Below the pieces are notes generated by a model. That model saw only the letters and a program-made list of their open reading frames with translations. It did no database searches and was not told where the DNA came from. A stretch of DNA of 63,858 nucleotides, filler included, from Octopus bimaculoides (taxonomy: Eukaryota), in NCBI RefSeq assembly GCF_001194135.2. It is 8 parts of 8 records of this genome, joined end to end, with 100 filler letters (N's around TTAATTAATTAA, not from the genome) between each part and the next. Parts side by side here need not be neighbours in the genome. Positions count along the whole stretch, not along the records: positions 23,010 to 36,854 come from NC_068986.1; 7 more parts are not named here. One strand, given 5' to 3'. Position 1 is the stretch's first letter; each line of letters begins with the position of its first letter. The translations under genes and the position numbers were made by a program. Below are positions 24,286 through 36,008 of this stretch, piece by piece.

Positions 24286-26671
24286 ACCATATCTGCCTCT
24301 AAGCTGATGTCTGTTTTGAATCACGTCAGCTCTTTTTGCCGCGTTTCAGATCATGTCTTTTTATGCGTATTTGCCGTGTTAGCATAGGCCTTTGTCAGCT
24401 TCACCATTTCCTCCAGTATCTTTTTCAGTACCTCTCCGACACTTCATTTCAATAAATGAACTTAAGCAACATAACCTTATTTGTCTTCTTGGCATTACTT
24501 TGAGCTTATTTAGTTTCCTTTTTCCACTTTGATGATCCGATTCCTATACATTTCATGCAGAATACTATAGTAGTCAAAAACCTCTGATGGAATGCATTCA
24601 GTTTTTTTTCCTTGTTGCTTTTGTATAATTACTGTTACACATCATCGAGACTTGTATCCGAGAATTGGCGAGATTATTTACAATCATCTGCTTTATATGA
24701 TAGTTTCTTCGTTGTCTAAATTGCTAAGAACTAATGAGATACATGGATTTTTAAAATTAATATATTTTTTAGCTAATGAGTTGGTCGATTGCTAATAGCT
24801 TTAAGTAATGGTTATTGAGTTAGGTAGGTTGCAGATTTCGCTAATGTTGGTTTGTAAGTTAGCTGGTTTGCTAATTACATGATATGACGATTCGTGAGCT
24901 AGCTGCACTGCTAGCTACATTGTGCAATGACTAGTAAGTTGCCTGTATTTTTAGCTACTTGGTTTAATAGTTAGTGCGATGCTTAGGTTGGTAATTGATG
25001 TTTGGTTGTATTTCTAATGCTTTATGTGATAGAGATTAAATAGGTTTTTAATTACGTTATTTGACAGAGTATTAATTGGATAACCAGTCACATTACGTAG
25101 TTGATAATCAAATTCTTCGTTAGTGACTTTCTGATGGCTATCGATGACTTTATATAGATCGCCAATCATATTGCATAGTTGTTAGTGAGGTTATTTGCTA
25201 ATGACTCTCTGATGACTAGTATGTCAGCTGGGTTGCTTACGACTTTATATGATCGCTACTGAAATAGATGGTTTGCTTATTACTTCATCTTTAGTTAATG
25301 AAGTAGTCGATTGCTAATTTATTTCTTTGGTATCATAGTTATTGACTTTGCTGAATAGTTAAACATTATCTTTATTAACGATTAGTGAGATGGCTGGATT
25401 GCTAATTGTTTTATCTGATGATTATTAATAGTGCTTATTGCTTTATGTGAAGGTTAGTGAATAAGCTAGATTGCTTATTACTTTCACTGATAGCTAGCCA
25501 TATGTTTAGATTGCTAGCTGCTCTATGCGTGAGTGCGATGGATTGCTACTTACTTAATATGACGGCTAATGAGTTGGCTGGATTGCTAATAAGGTTTCCG
25601 AGATTGCTAATTCTTTGTGTGATGCTTAGTGAGCTTAATTGCTAGTTACTTTATATGTTGATTGATGGCTGCCTGGAATGCAATGTAATTGAGCTGCTTA
25701 TTGGTGAGATATATAATTTCATTATTAGTCAGGCAATTAACTGTACAACTAGTAGCTAATTGGCTTGTATAATGTTGGCTGGATTGCTAATTAATTTATT
25801 TATGTAATGGTTAGCTTAATGGATAGCCGGCTTATCACCTTACTTGGTAGTTAGCCAATTGGCTGGTTTGCTAATTAATATGGCGACCAAAGAGTTGATT
25901 GAATTGTAATTGGTTTATATAATGTTTCGGAAAGTAGTTGGATTACTACTTAGTAATTTTATATTTTGCATATTAGATGGAGTACTCAAATGTTTTTGTG
26001 TTTGCTAATTATTTGATTAAATTCCTTAGTACATCAGTAGGGTCAATTTATTTCATCTTCAGTTTTTGGATTTTTTATTTATTTTTTTTTTTTCGTGATC
26101 AATCTTGTGAAGGACTATAATTATTGATTTTCCTAATTTTACTTGTTTAATAAATGGTTGCAACAGTTAGGACTAAAAATATTTGTCAATCCGCCTCATG
26201 GTGCCGCGAATAAAATGGAAAACGCGTTCCCCGGATGACGACGAGAGAGACGCGCTGGAACAACCTCTCCTACTCGGGTTTCTATTCAGTACATTATCTG
26301 ATGGCCAGTGAATTGGTGTGGTCGTTAGTTAAATTGTCAAATTGCTAATTATCTTTTCTTGACTGGATTGTTAATTGCTTTATGTCACCTCTAGTGAGTT
26401 TGATTGCTAGTTACTTTATCTGATACTCAGTGGGTTGGTTTTGTTGCTAATTATTTAATGTTGCAGTTGATAATTTAACTTGGATTGCTAATTACTAAAT
26501 GTAGCAGTTAGATATTTGACTGGACTATCAATTAGAACGTCTGATGTTTAACCCTTTAGCTGTCCTTTGTATCACATATAATACACAGAACATATTTCCT
26601 GGCGTCCATACATCATATATGATAAACACTCCCAATTTTTTTCAACTACCAGAGTAACTTGTGAGTTATGT

Positions 26672-27013
26672 GAGGGCGCATGGCTCAGTGGTTAGAGCGT
26701 CGGGCTCACAATCATGAGGTAGTGGATTCGATTCCCGGATCTGTGTTGTGTTCTTGAACAAGACACTTTATTTCACGTTGCTCCAGTTGACTCAGCTTTA
26801 GAAATGAGTTGCAATGTCATTGGTGTCAACCTGTATCGGCTTTTGCCTTACCCTTGGATTACATCGGTGGCGTGGCGTGGGGATGCTGGTATGTGTAAGC
26901 GACTGCTGTGTCTTCCATAGACAAATTTGCTTGGACTTGTGCCTGGAAGGGTAACTTCCTAGATGCTATCTCATGGTCATTCATGACCGAAGGAGGTCTT
27001 TACCCTTTACCCT
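26672..27013 (+). mobile_element. tRNA-derived SINE, family D
   Basis: A box TGGCTCAGTGG and B box GATTCGATTCC; TTTACCC-repeat tail. Confidence 0.85.
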
Positions 27014-27599
27014 TTTTATATAAATAAGTTATATTACTCAGAACATATGAAACAAGGACTAACTAGAAGATTGAAGACAAGCACTGGTGTTTAGGACAAA
27101 ATTGTTGTGTCGACGCCCCCAGGCGAAGAAGTAGGATCTCCCAAGACATATAAATAGAGGTAGTCTGGCCGTGGTAGGTTTGTTGAGTAGCAGTCGAGTA
27201 GCAGTTGTGTAGCGGTTGAGTAGAGATCATTCGAAGGTGCTAGATAGCAGTAGCTCGAGACATAACAAAACTTATGGAAATGTTTTGGACTGGCAAAGTG
27301 TTGATACGTTGGCGAATTTATTTTAGCTGATTCCAAATGATTTCGTTGGATTTCTCGTTACTTTATATAATGATTAATATCAATGTACGTGTTTGTTAAA
27401 TTGTTTGCATTGCTCCTTTTTTTTTAATTTGAAAGCTAGTAGCTTAATTTGCTTGCTAATTACTCAAACCATTTGATTATTAGTCAACTGGTTGGATTGT
27501 TAAATATAATTGATATTTTATCAGCTTGATTTAAATCTAGCAATGCAGTTGGTTTGGCGAATTGACAAAATCGTTATCGCAACGGACAACCCCAATAGC

Positions 27600-27775
27600 A
27601 TTAGAACTTAGCGGAATTTCCTCCAACATTATATTACAAGTTCTAATGCCGCTGGGGTCGACTTTGTCTTTCATCCTTTCAGGGTCGATAAAATAAGTAC
27701 CGACTGAGGAATAGCGTCGATGAAATCGATTTACCTCCTCCCCCAAAATTGCTGGCCTTGTGCCAAAATTTTAAG
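27600..27775 (+). mobile_element. SINE family B
   Basis: GTCGACTTTGTCTTTCATCCTTTCAGGGTCGATAAAATAAGTACC. Confidence 0.8.
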
Positions 27776-27969
27776 ACATCATTATTACACAGATATAAGC
27801 ATACACTTTCTGTCTTTTTCTCTTTCCCTCTTATCCCCTTCTCTCTTTCTCACACACATGCACTCTCTGGCCCTATATTGTTCACTCTCTGACGAAAGAA
27901 AATAATCTGAAGCGTTAAAAATTTTCACTCATCGCAGCAACTAAACTTATCATTTTCTTCGGCTAACTT

Positions 27970-27970
27970 T

Positions 27971-28044
<74 letters not shown>

Positions 28045-28250
28045 ACTCTGTCTCGCCTCTCTCTCGCTCTGTCTCACCTCTCTCTCTCACTCTGTCTCGC
28101 CTCTCTCTCTTTCTCTCACTCTAACTCGCCTCTCTCTCTCTACTTAATACTCTCTCCCTCTCTCTCTACTTTATACTCTCTCTCTACTTAATACTCTCTC
28201 CCTCTCTCTCTACTTAATACTCTCTCCCTCCCCTCTCCCCTCTTTCTCTC
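27970..28250. repeat. (CT)n with derived compound minisatellite units
   Basis: (CT)n, then repeats of ACTCTGTCTCGCCTCTCTCTC and CTCTCTCTACTTAATACTCTCTCC. Confidence 0.9.
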
Positions 28251-29004
28251 TCTCACGCACACACACACACACGTAGATACACGCATGCGCTCTCTGTCCC
28301 TCTCTTCCTCACTCTTTGGCAAAAGAAAAAAGTCCGAGGCGTTAACATCTTCTCTCATCACGGCAATTAAACTTATCACACTCTTCTGCGAACTTTCTTA
28401 TGAACTGTTTGGTTGGTGTTGTTGTTGGTTTACCACTTAATAAAACTGATTGATGGTATAATGGCGAATTAATTGCATGGTTATTATACTTGATTTGGAT
28501 TGCAAGTGGCGTAATTAGTTTAATAATTAGTGATTAATGGTTTTATTCTTAATTAACGTTCTTGCTGCTGTGTAGCCCCTGTCATAACTGTCCGAGTAAA
28601 TCTAAGTCACATAAGTAATAGAGCAGCCAGGTGCGATCCGCACATACACTATTCGCTCCAGATATACCATACGTCTGAATAGATAACAACGACACTATTA
28701 TCATCCGATCATGCAGTGGTCATTAATTTGATGTTCAGTTGATGTATTGGGCTACTGATGGTTAGCTGATGATTGTATTATTTTCTGCCAGTACAAAGTT
28801 CTCATAGATTGATGCATTACTGATGTGAGAGCCATCTTGGTAGCTTCTATGCAATCACTCGACTCGTTATATTACAGCAGCCAAATCACTATCGAATCAT
28901 ACCATATCGTCAGACAGAATACACTGAATATTTTGGTCCAAAATATACTGAAACTTTGTGGTTTGGGGTGGAGTGGGGTGGGGTGGGGGCTTGTCAATTA
29001 CAAT

Positions 29005-29160
29005 GCTTGACCCTAGTGCTCGACTAATACTTATTTTGTTGAGCCAGATGAAAAGCAAAGTCAACCTCGGCAGAATTTGAACTCAAAACGTAAGGACAGA
29101 CGACATGCTTTTAAGCATTTTTCCCGGTGTGCTAAAGATTCTGTCAGCTCGCCGCCTTAT
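29005..29160 (-). mobile_element. SINE family B
   Basis: GATGAAAAGCAAAGTCAACCTCGGCAGAATTTGAACTC...CAGCTCGCCGCC. Confidence 0.8.
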
Positions 29161-29203
29161 AATGTTGCCCAAGACAGATTGTGATTGAAATTAGCTACCA
29201 TAT

Positions 29204-29611
29204 AGGCGCAGGAGTGGCTTTGTGGTAAGTAGCTTGCTTACCAACCACATGGTTCCGAGTTCAGTCCCACTGCGTGGCATCTTAGGCAAGTGTCTTCTAC
29301 TATACCCTCGGGCCGACCAAAGCCTTATGAGTGGATTTGGTAGACGGAAACTGAAAGAAGCCCGTCGTATATATGTATATATGTGTGTGTGTTTGTGTGT
29401 GTGTGTGTCTGTTTTTATGTCTGTGTTTGTCCCCCTAGCATTGCTTGACAACCGATGCTGGTGTGTTTATGTCCCCGTCACATAGCGGTTCGGCAAGAGA
29501 CCGATAGAATAAGTACTAGGCTTACAAAGAATAAGTCCCGGGGTCGATTTGCTCGACTAAAGGCGGTGCTACAGCATGGCCGCAGTCAAATGACTGAAAC
29601 AAGTAAAAGAG
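29204..29611 (+). mobile_element. SINE family A, full length
   Basis: AGGCGCAGGAGTGGCT head to GTAAAAGAG tail. Confidence 0.95.
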
Positions 29612-29619
29612 TATATAAA

Positions 29620-29906
29620 GCAGTGGCTTAATTTTTTTTTTTTTCACCTAAAGACACCTTTGTTTACAATTTTATTCAAATGGACGCCCGTAGCCATTCG
29701 ATGTTTAAAAACTAGTTTTATAGAGACTTCTTTCAAAATTCCTATTTAGTTATTCACTCATTAACTTGTGTAGGTTGAACTACCTAAAACGTTACAGAAA
29801 GAAACCTACCTGTTTTTTGCATTACATACATTTAAATCAAACTCATCGTGGGCCCTTAAAATTCTACTGTGGACCCCTATTTTACTATTTTGCTAGCGTG
29901 AACCCC
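29620..29906 (+). mobile_element. Probable hAT-type MITE fragment
   Basis: Starts CAGTGG (hAT-like terminus) and has repeated GGACCCC/GGGCCC/GAACCCC subterminal motifs. No second TIR seen. Confidence 0.45.
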
Positions 29907-30175
29907 AGCCATCAGAAAGTAACTAGCTAAGAATCTGACTAACAGCTACGCGTTGTGACTGGCAAACTAATTAATATTCTATCAAATAACGTAATTAAAA
30001 ATCTATTAAATTTCCATTTCATAAAACATTAGCAATCCAGCCAAATACTTAACAGCAACCTAGGTATCGCACTAAACATTAAAACAAGTAATTAAACATT
30101 TAGAGAACTCATTAGTCCTCACATAAAGTAGTTAACAATCCAGCTAACTCAAGAATCGTTATATTATCAAATTAG
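29907..30175 (-). repeat. Inverted paralogue of 24871-25139 (segment of the 40-bp array)
   Basis: Hand alignment of the reverse complement: 269 bp, ungapped, about 207/269 identities. Confidence 0.9.
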
Positions 30176-30387
30176 AAAACCGTTGTGGGATGGTTAAGGA
30201 TGGAGGGTGTTTCGTCATAGGTGTAACTGACCAATACTGGCCATCACCATCATCATCATCATCAGCAGCAGCAACAGCAGCAGCTAACGCTAATTACGTA
30301 CTAGTCGCGTACTGAGGTCGATGCAATCGACTTACCTCCTTTCTCGAAATTACCGGCGCTGTGCCAAAATTGGAAAGAATTAAAAAC

Positions 30388-30713
30388 TGGCGCTCCGTCG
30401 ATTACGACAACGAGGGTTCCAGTTGATCCAATCAACGGAGCTGCCTGCTCGTGAAATTAACCTGCAAATGGCAGAGCACTCCACAGACACATCTACCCTT
30501 AACATAGTTCTCAGGGAGATTCAGCGTGATACAGAATGTGACAAGGTTGGGCCCCTTTGAAATACAGGTACCATTCATTTTCGGCAGCTGAGTGCACTGG
30601 ATCAACATGAAATAAAGTGTCTTACACAAAGACACAACGCGTCGCCGGGAATCGAACTCGTGACCTCGCGATCCTGAGCCGAATACCCTAACCACTAAGC
30701 CACGCGCCTTCAC
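30388..30713 (-). mobile_element. tRNA-derived SINE, family E
   Basis: Reverse complement of the 36305-36615 family (CACGCTGAATCTCCCTGAGAACTA.GTTAAGGGTA). Confidence 0.85.
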
Positions 30714-31116
30714 AGAAAGAATTATCAAATATGTATACACATGCTACACATCACCACATTCTGAGAATGTCAACACGGTTAACCGACCTGCTAGAAATAG
30801 CAACTAAATCACACTCAATCATCTTAACAATAGAAATAGCACATTGGATAAGATATCTTACACGACACCTGAGGACTACGATGTGGTGATTACGGTTATA
30901 ACACCCTTATTCATAGAACTGGTTGATTAGGGTTGTCTTGTTGTAAAATAGCCACAATAACAATAGGTAATTATTTGTAATAATTGTTAGATAATTGGTA
31001 GTGTGACTAATCACATTCACGCAATTGCAATTGCTAAGTGATAAACGGTGTTGAATTCGGAAATGGTAGTAAAATGGGAATTGTGACGCTTATAATATTC
31101 ATAAGGAATTTTAGCC

Positions 31117-31611
31117 ATAGGTGTAGGCGTAGCTATAGGCACAGGCGTGGCTATAGGCGCAGGCGTGGCTATAGGCGCAGGCGTGGCTATAGGGCACAGG
31201 CGTGGCTGTGTGGTAAGAAGCTTGCTTCCCAACCACATGGTCCCGGGTTCAGTTCCACGGGGTGGCACCTTGGATAAGTGTCTTCTCCTATAGCCTCGGG
31301 CCGACCATGGCCCTGTGAGTGGATTTGGTAGACGGAAACTGAAAGAAGCCCGTCGTGTGTATATATATCTATATATGTATATATATTTATGCGCGTGCCT
31401 CTTTGTGTCTGTGATTGTTTGCTCCCCAGCACGATCGCTTGACAACCGATGTTAGTGTGTTTATGTTCCCGTAACTTAACGGTTCGGCAAAAGAGACCGA
31501 TAGAATAAGTACTAGGCTTACAAAGAATAAGTTTCGGGATCGATTTCTTCGATTAAAGGCGGTGCTTCAGCATGGCAGCAATGAAATGACTGAACCGTGT
31601 AAATAAAAGAG
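31117..31611 (+). mobile_element. SINE family A with 5x tandem amplification of its first 18 nt
   Basis: ATAGGCGCAGGCGTGGCT-like units at 31117, 31135, 31153, 31171 and 31189, followed by a normal body. Confidence 0.9.
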
Positions 31612-31769
31612 TATATATGAAGTGGAAGATGCACAATCAGATATCGAAACCGTGCTGCCAGTTTGATTCATAGGGACTGATATCAACTCTGATTCTTTTT
31701 TCTGCTTATTTAAGATCTCCCCACTCCCTTTTTCTCCTTTTCCCTTTCATTCAAAAACACACACACACA

Positions 31770-31806
<37 letters not shown>

Positions 31807-31995
31807 CTCTCTCTCTCTCTCTCTCTCTCTCATTCTTTGTCTTCTCTTCTCTATCTTTTAATACACATCTCTCAATTTATCTCTCTCACTTAAGTCTGTA
31901 ATACGATTCTCTCTGTTTCTCTCTTCACGCACACATATAAATCCACCCATCCACACAAACACACACACACACGCACACACATACATTCTGTCTCT

Positions 31996-32042
<47 letters not shown>

Positions 32043-32207
32043 ACACAAGCATATAAACTACAGTAATATATACGCATGCAGTTTATCCTCACCAAAAAAA
32101 CAATCACGAATGCAGACAAAAAAACTAACACAAACACACGCACAACACATAATCAGTAACAGAAACACACACATTCACACACAAGCACGTAGACACACAC
32201 ACAACAC

Positions 32208-32246
<39 letters not shown>

Positions 32247-32549
32247 ACCTCTGTTCAAATATGCACATGCACATATGTAAGCTTAGAAACTGACCAGTGG
32301 TGGAAGCCGCTCGAAGACTTGATGAGCGCATACGTTTCAATTTGAGCGCGAAACACCGTTTGCTTGTAACGTTGCTGTGACAATGTCGATGAGTTAGAGT
32401 TTGTACTTCACCTTGCACACAAAAAAAGGTCAACTAGGTGGACTTATAGTAGTGAAGAGAGAGCTGGGCGAAGTTTTTAACGCAGAAAGATCGAAAACGA
32501 AGGTCAAGCATTGTATATGAGTAATAATGCAAAATATATTAGTTAGATG

Positions 32550-32588
<39 letters not shown>

Positions 32589-32861
32589 ATTCCTCTCTCG
32601 CTTGTTCACTTACTGACACCTCCTCTGTCGCTTTCTTCATATCTCTCGCATCTACTCTCTTGTGTATCTTATCTTCAGTCTTCCTTCATTTTCTTCCTCT
32701 TTCTTTCTTCCGTTTTTTTTTTTTTATCTCTCTCTAAATATATTATTAATCCCTCTATACAGGTACATAATACGCATCACACAAACATGCGCACACATAT
32801 AAGTACTTCAAAAAGTAGTGCTTATATTCTTTACTTAATGTATGTGTGTGTGTGTATATAT

Positions 32862-33070
32862 TCTTTTACTCTTTTGCTTGTTTCAGTCATTTGACTGCGG
32901 CCATGCTGGAGCACCGCCTTTAGTCGAGCAAATCAACCCCAGGACTTATTCTTTGTAAGCCTAGTACTTATTCTATCGGTCTCTTGCCGAACCGCTATGT
33001 GACGGGGACATAAACACACCAGCATCGGTTGACAAGCAATGCTAGGGGGACAAACACAGACATACAAACA

Positions 33071-33108
<38 letters not shown>

Positions 33109-33281
33109 CATATATACGACGGGCTTCTTTCAGTTTCCGTCTACTACATCCATTCACAAGGATTTGGTCGGCCCGAGGCTATAGTAGAAGACACTTGCCC
33201 AAGGTACCGCACAGTGGGAATGAACTCGGAACCATGTGGTTGGTAAGCAAGCTACTTACCACACAGCCACTCCTGCGCCTA
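32862..33281 (-). mobile_element. SINE family A, full length
   Basis: Near-consensus on the minus strand. Confidence 0.95.
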
Positions 33282-33289
33282 TAGAGCCG

Positions 33290-33515
33290 CTAAGTATTTT
33301 GCCCGCCGTAGTAACGATTCTCTATGCTAATGGCACAAGGCCTGAAATTTGGCGAGCGGGGACTAGTCAATTACATCGACCCAGTGTTTCACAGGTACTT
33401 ATTTCATCGACCCCGATAGGATGAAAGGCAAAGTCGATCTCGGCGGAATTTGAACTCAGAACGTAACGACGGGCGAAATGTCCAGACTGCTAACGATTCT
33501 GCCAGCTCACCGCCT
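33290..33515 (-). mobile_element. SINE family B
   Basis: ATCGACCCCGATAGGATGAAAGGCAAAGTCGATCTCGGCGGAATTTGAACTC. Confidence 0.9.
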
Positions 33516-33689
33516 TTTATATATATATATACTGCCTGGATGCGGCTCCTGAAACAAGTAAATGCATTGACGAGGTAACTTTATTGTTGTTGGTCATAAT
33601 TCACCCGATATCAGATATCAATGAGTCCTTGATATTGTGGGTACGCTTGTTGATCTCCCACTGAAAGACGTGTCAGACGCAGTAGTCGA

Positions 33690-34770
33690 GGAAGGTTTCA
33701 ATCTGGAGAGATAGAAGGCCAAATGTTTGGGATCACATTATCATGAGAATTTTCGGTCAGCCACTCTTGGGTCGCGCTGGCTGAGTGAGAAGGGGCAGAG
33801 CCTTGCTGGAACACATAAAACCTCTCGATCCAGAGCTTGACAACCGTCTGTATTGTCTCGATAAAGGCAACCGCACTGACTATAAGATCTTGTAGCATGA
33901 CGTAGCCCTCATTGCTCATGACCCCCAAGATCATCAGAGACAACAGGAACTTGGTTTGCATAACAGTGAGCAACTCAGCGGGACTTCCACAGAGCCATCT
34001 CTTATTCCACTTGTTCCCTCTTGTACAAAGTTCTTCTCATCTGCGTAAAACCAGAGCATGTCGGTCTCGCTGGAGTGCTTAAGTTTGCTCAGCAAGCGCC
34101 AAATAACACCATTTTCCAAGATCTTATTCGATATGCTCTTGCCTTCTCGTAACACAGGATTGTACCTGATGTCTTCGTTGATCACACGTCTAAAACTGTG
34201 AGGTAAAGGTTACCTTCTTGAGCCATGTTGACTCATGAGGGCCGATTTCCCGGTTTCTATGGCGTATGAATTCCTCACCTGGACGGGACGCCGGTCCGTC
34301 GCAGGATTACTTATTTTTCTCAGCTGAGTGAACTGGAGCAACGTGAAATGAAGTGTTTTGCTCAAGAACACAACGCGTCATCCGGTCCAGGAATTGAAAC
34401 CACAATCTTACGATCATGAGTCCAACACCCTAACCACTAAGCCATGTGCCTCCACAAACGTTGACTGTGACACATGAAGGTGGCTGGCAATGGCTCTTAT
34501 TAACTTGTTGGGATCCTCATTGATTAACTTTGTTGGACAAAAAAGATTTTTCTGACAATATCTGACCATCAAAAGATTTCTTTTTCTTTCGCCATTTGAG
34601 ACACATTTCCGCCAGAAGCCAAGAGCTCTCTTCTGATCCTAAACACATATTTAAGATGGTTGCAATCTCAGAATCACTTTGGTTGGCATTTAAGGTGATG
34701 AGCACGGCATACGTTTTACCCGTCTAAGTTACATTCGTAGCTTCCATGTTCAGGCTGAAAAAAAAAGAGG
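33690..34770 (-). mobile_element. Tc1/mariner superfamily transposase relic (maT/DD37D-like), interrupted by a SINE
   Basis: WFYADEKNF, MILGVMSNEGYVM, YVFQQGSAPSH, IWPSISPD; N-terminal HTH remnant at 34500-34770. Confidence 0.75.
34202..34457 (-). mobile_element. SINE family C inside the transposase relic
   Basis: tRNA head at 34457; CCTGCGACGGACCGGCGTCCCGTCCAGG motif. Confidence 0.9.
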
Positions 34771-35084
34771 ATATTTAGTTAAAGTTTCGGTCACTTCTGG
34801 CTCTCAAAAGTTTCATTCTCAAATAGCTGAGGTAAAAGTTAACTTCTTGAGCCATGCTGACTCATAAGGGCCGGTTTCCCGGTTTCTATGGAATTGAAAC
34901 CACAATCTTACGATTATGAAATTTTGATAGTTGTGTGCTGTTGTCAGCGGTTTTTTCTGGTTGAGCTTTCTCTCAACATTTTGAGGAGAGATAGCTGAGT
35001 CTTATCCGGACGTAAGTGAATCAGAGGTGGCGTATTCGGAACTGTCGTCGTCTGAAGAGGAGCTTGTTGAAGTTGTAAAGAAAA

Positions 35085-35522
35085 TGAAATGATGAGTGAA
35101 CTTGCAATTAAACAACTGAGATTGGTCAATAGACACAGGCCAATTCTCTTGCAAAACAATGCTCGACCACATGTTACACAAAAACGCTACTCAAGTTACA
35201 GGAACTGAACTTGGAAATATTCTGTCGTCCACAATATTTACCAGACCTTACACCAACTGACTATCACGCTTTCCAGACATTAGACAACTTTTTGCAAGGA
35301 AAAAACTTCAAATCTCAAGAAGATTCAAATACGACCTTTCATAATTTCATCACCTCTTGCTCTCCAAAACTCTTCGCTGCCGGCAAAAATAAGCTACCGA
35401 TAAAATGGCAAAATTGTATTAATAATTTAAGTGCATACTTTGATTAACTGCATTGCTTTTTGTTGTGATAAAGTAAAATAAACTTTCAGTTCAAAATCGG
35501 ACATTTCATTCTTAATGACCAT
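35085..35522 (+). mobile_element. mariner (DD34D-like) 3' fragment with probable TIR
   Basis: ILLQNNARPH, RPQYLPDLTPTDYHAF (HPPYSPDLAPxDY-like) and KLPIKWQNCI; followed by a TIR-like end before (TA)n. Confidence 0.8.
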
Positions 35523-35539
35523 ATATATATATATATATG

Positions 35540-35618
<79 letters not shown>

Positions 35619-36008
35619 GCAGTGCATACATTGAATAAAATAGATTGATAACAACATTTTCCTTTTAAGGCAAAATATGCATCTAATTCAATAAAATTAT
35701 AGAGGTTACTCTGATTACTACGCATAAAATGCAAAACATTTTATGTCTTTGTAGATTAGGTAGACATAATTCGGCCCTACCTTTCAATTTCAGTATTTAA
35801 GCTACGCATAGTACTGCTGTAGTACACGTGCTGGGTACACTCCTACAACACCGTTTTCTATACGTGCTGTAAAGGCAGAAGTAAATCTGCCTTCAACTCA
35901 GTCGCGCGCCTGTGTTTCGCTTATTTTTTGTGTGTTTTACAACATAAAGGTCACCAGGTGCTTATCCTGAGTAATTACTGACGGCGCGTGTCTGATATAT
36001 ATATATAA

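Larger units (their letters stand above)
23190..28560 (+). repeat. Degenerate tandem array of about 40-bp units, interrupted by SINEs and other inserts
   Basis: Consensus about GATGATTAGTGAGTTGGCTGGATTGCTAATTACTTTATGT. GAG(T/A)TGG cores at 23212, 23252 and 23292 (period 40). Blocks at about 23190-23790, 24730-26000, 26310-26530, 27320-27545 and 28400-28560. Confidence 0.8.

Noticed and set aside
23190-26000. CRISPR-like repeat/spacer appearance
   Set aside because: The variable halves are mutually homologous, the repeats are highly degenerate, the context is eukaryotic and there are no cas genes.
26672-26745. tRNA gene-like A/B boxes here and at other SINE heads
   Set aside because: No closing acceptor stem or T-run terminator; each continues into a repeated SINE body.
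34945-35085. Acidic frame ESYPDVSESEVAYSELSSSEEE (piggyBac N-terminus-like)
   Set aside because: Low-complexity similarity only; no TTAA-bounded TIR seen.
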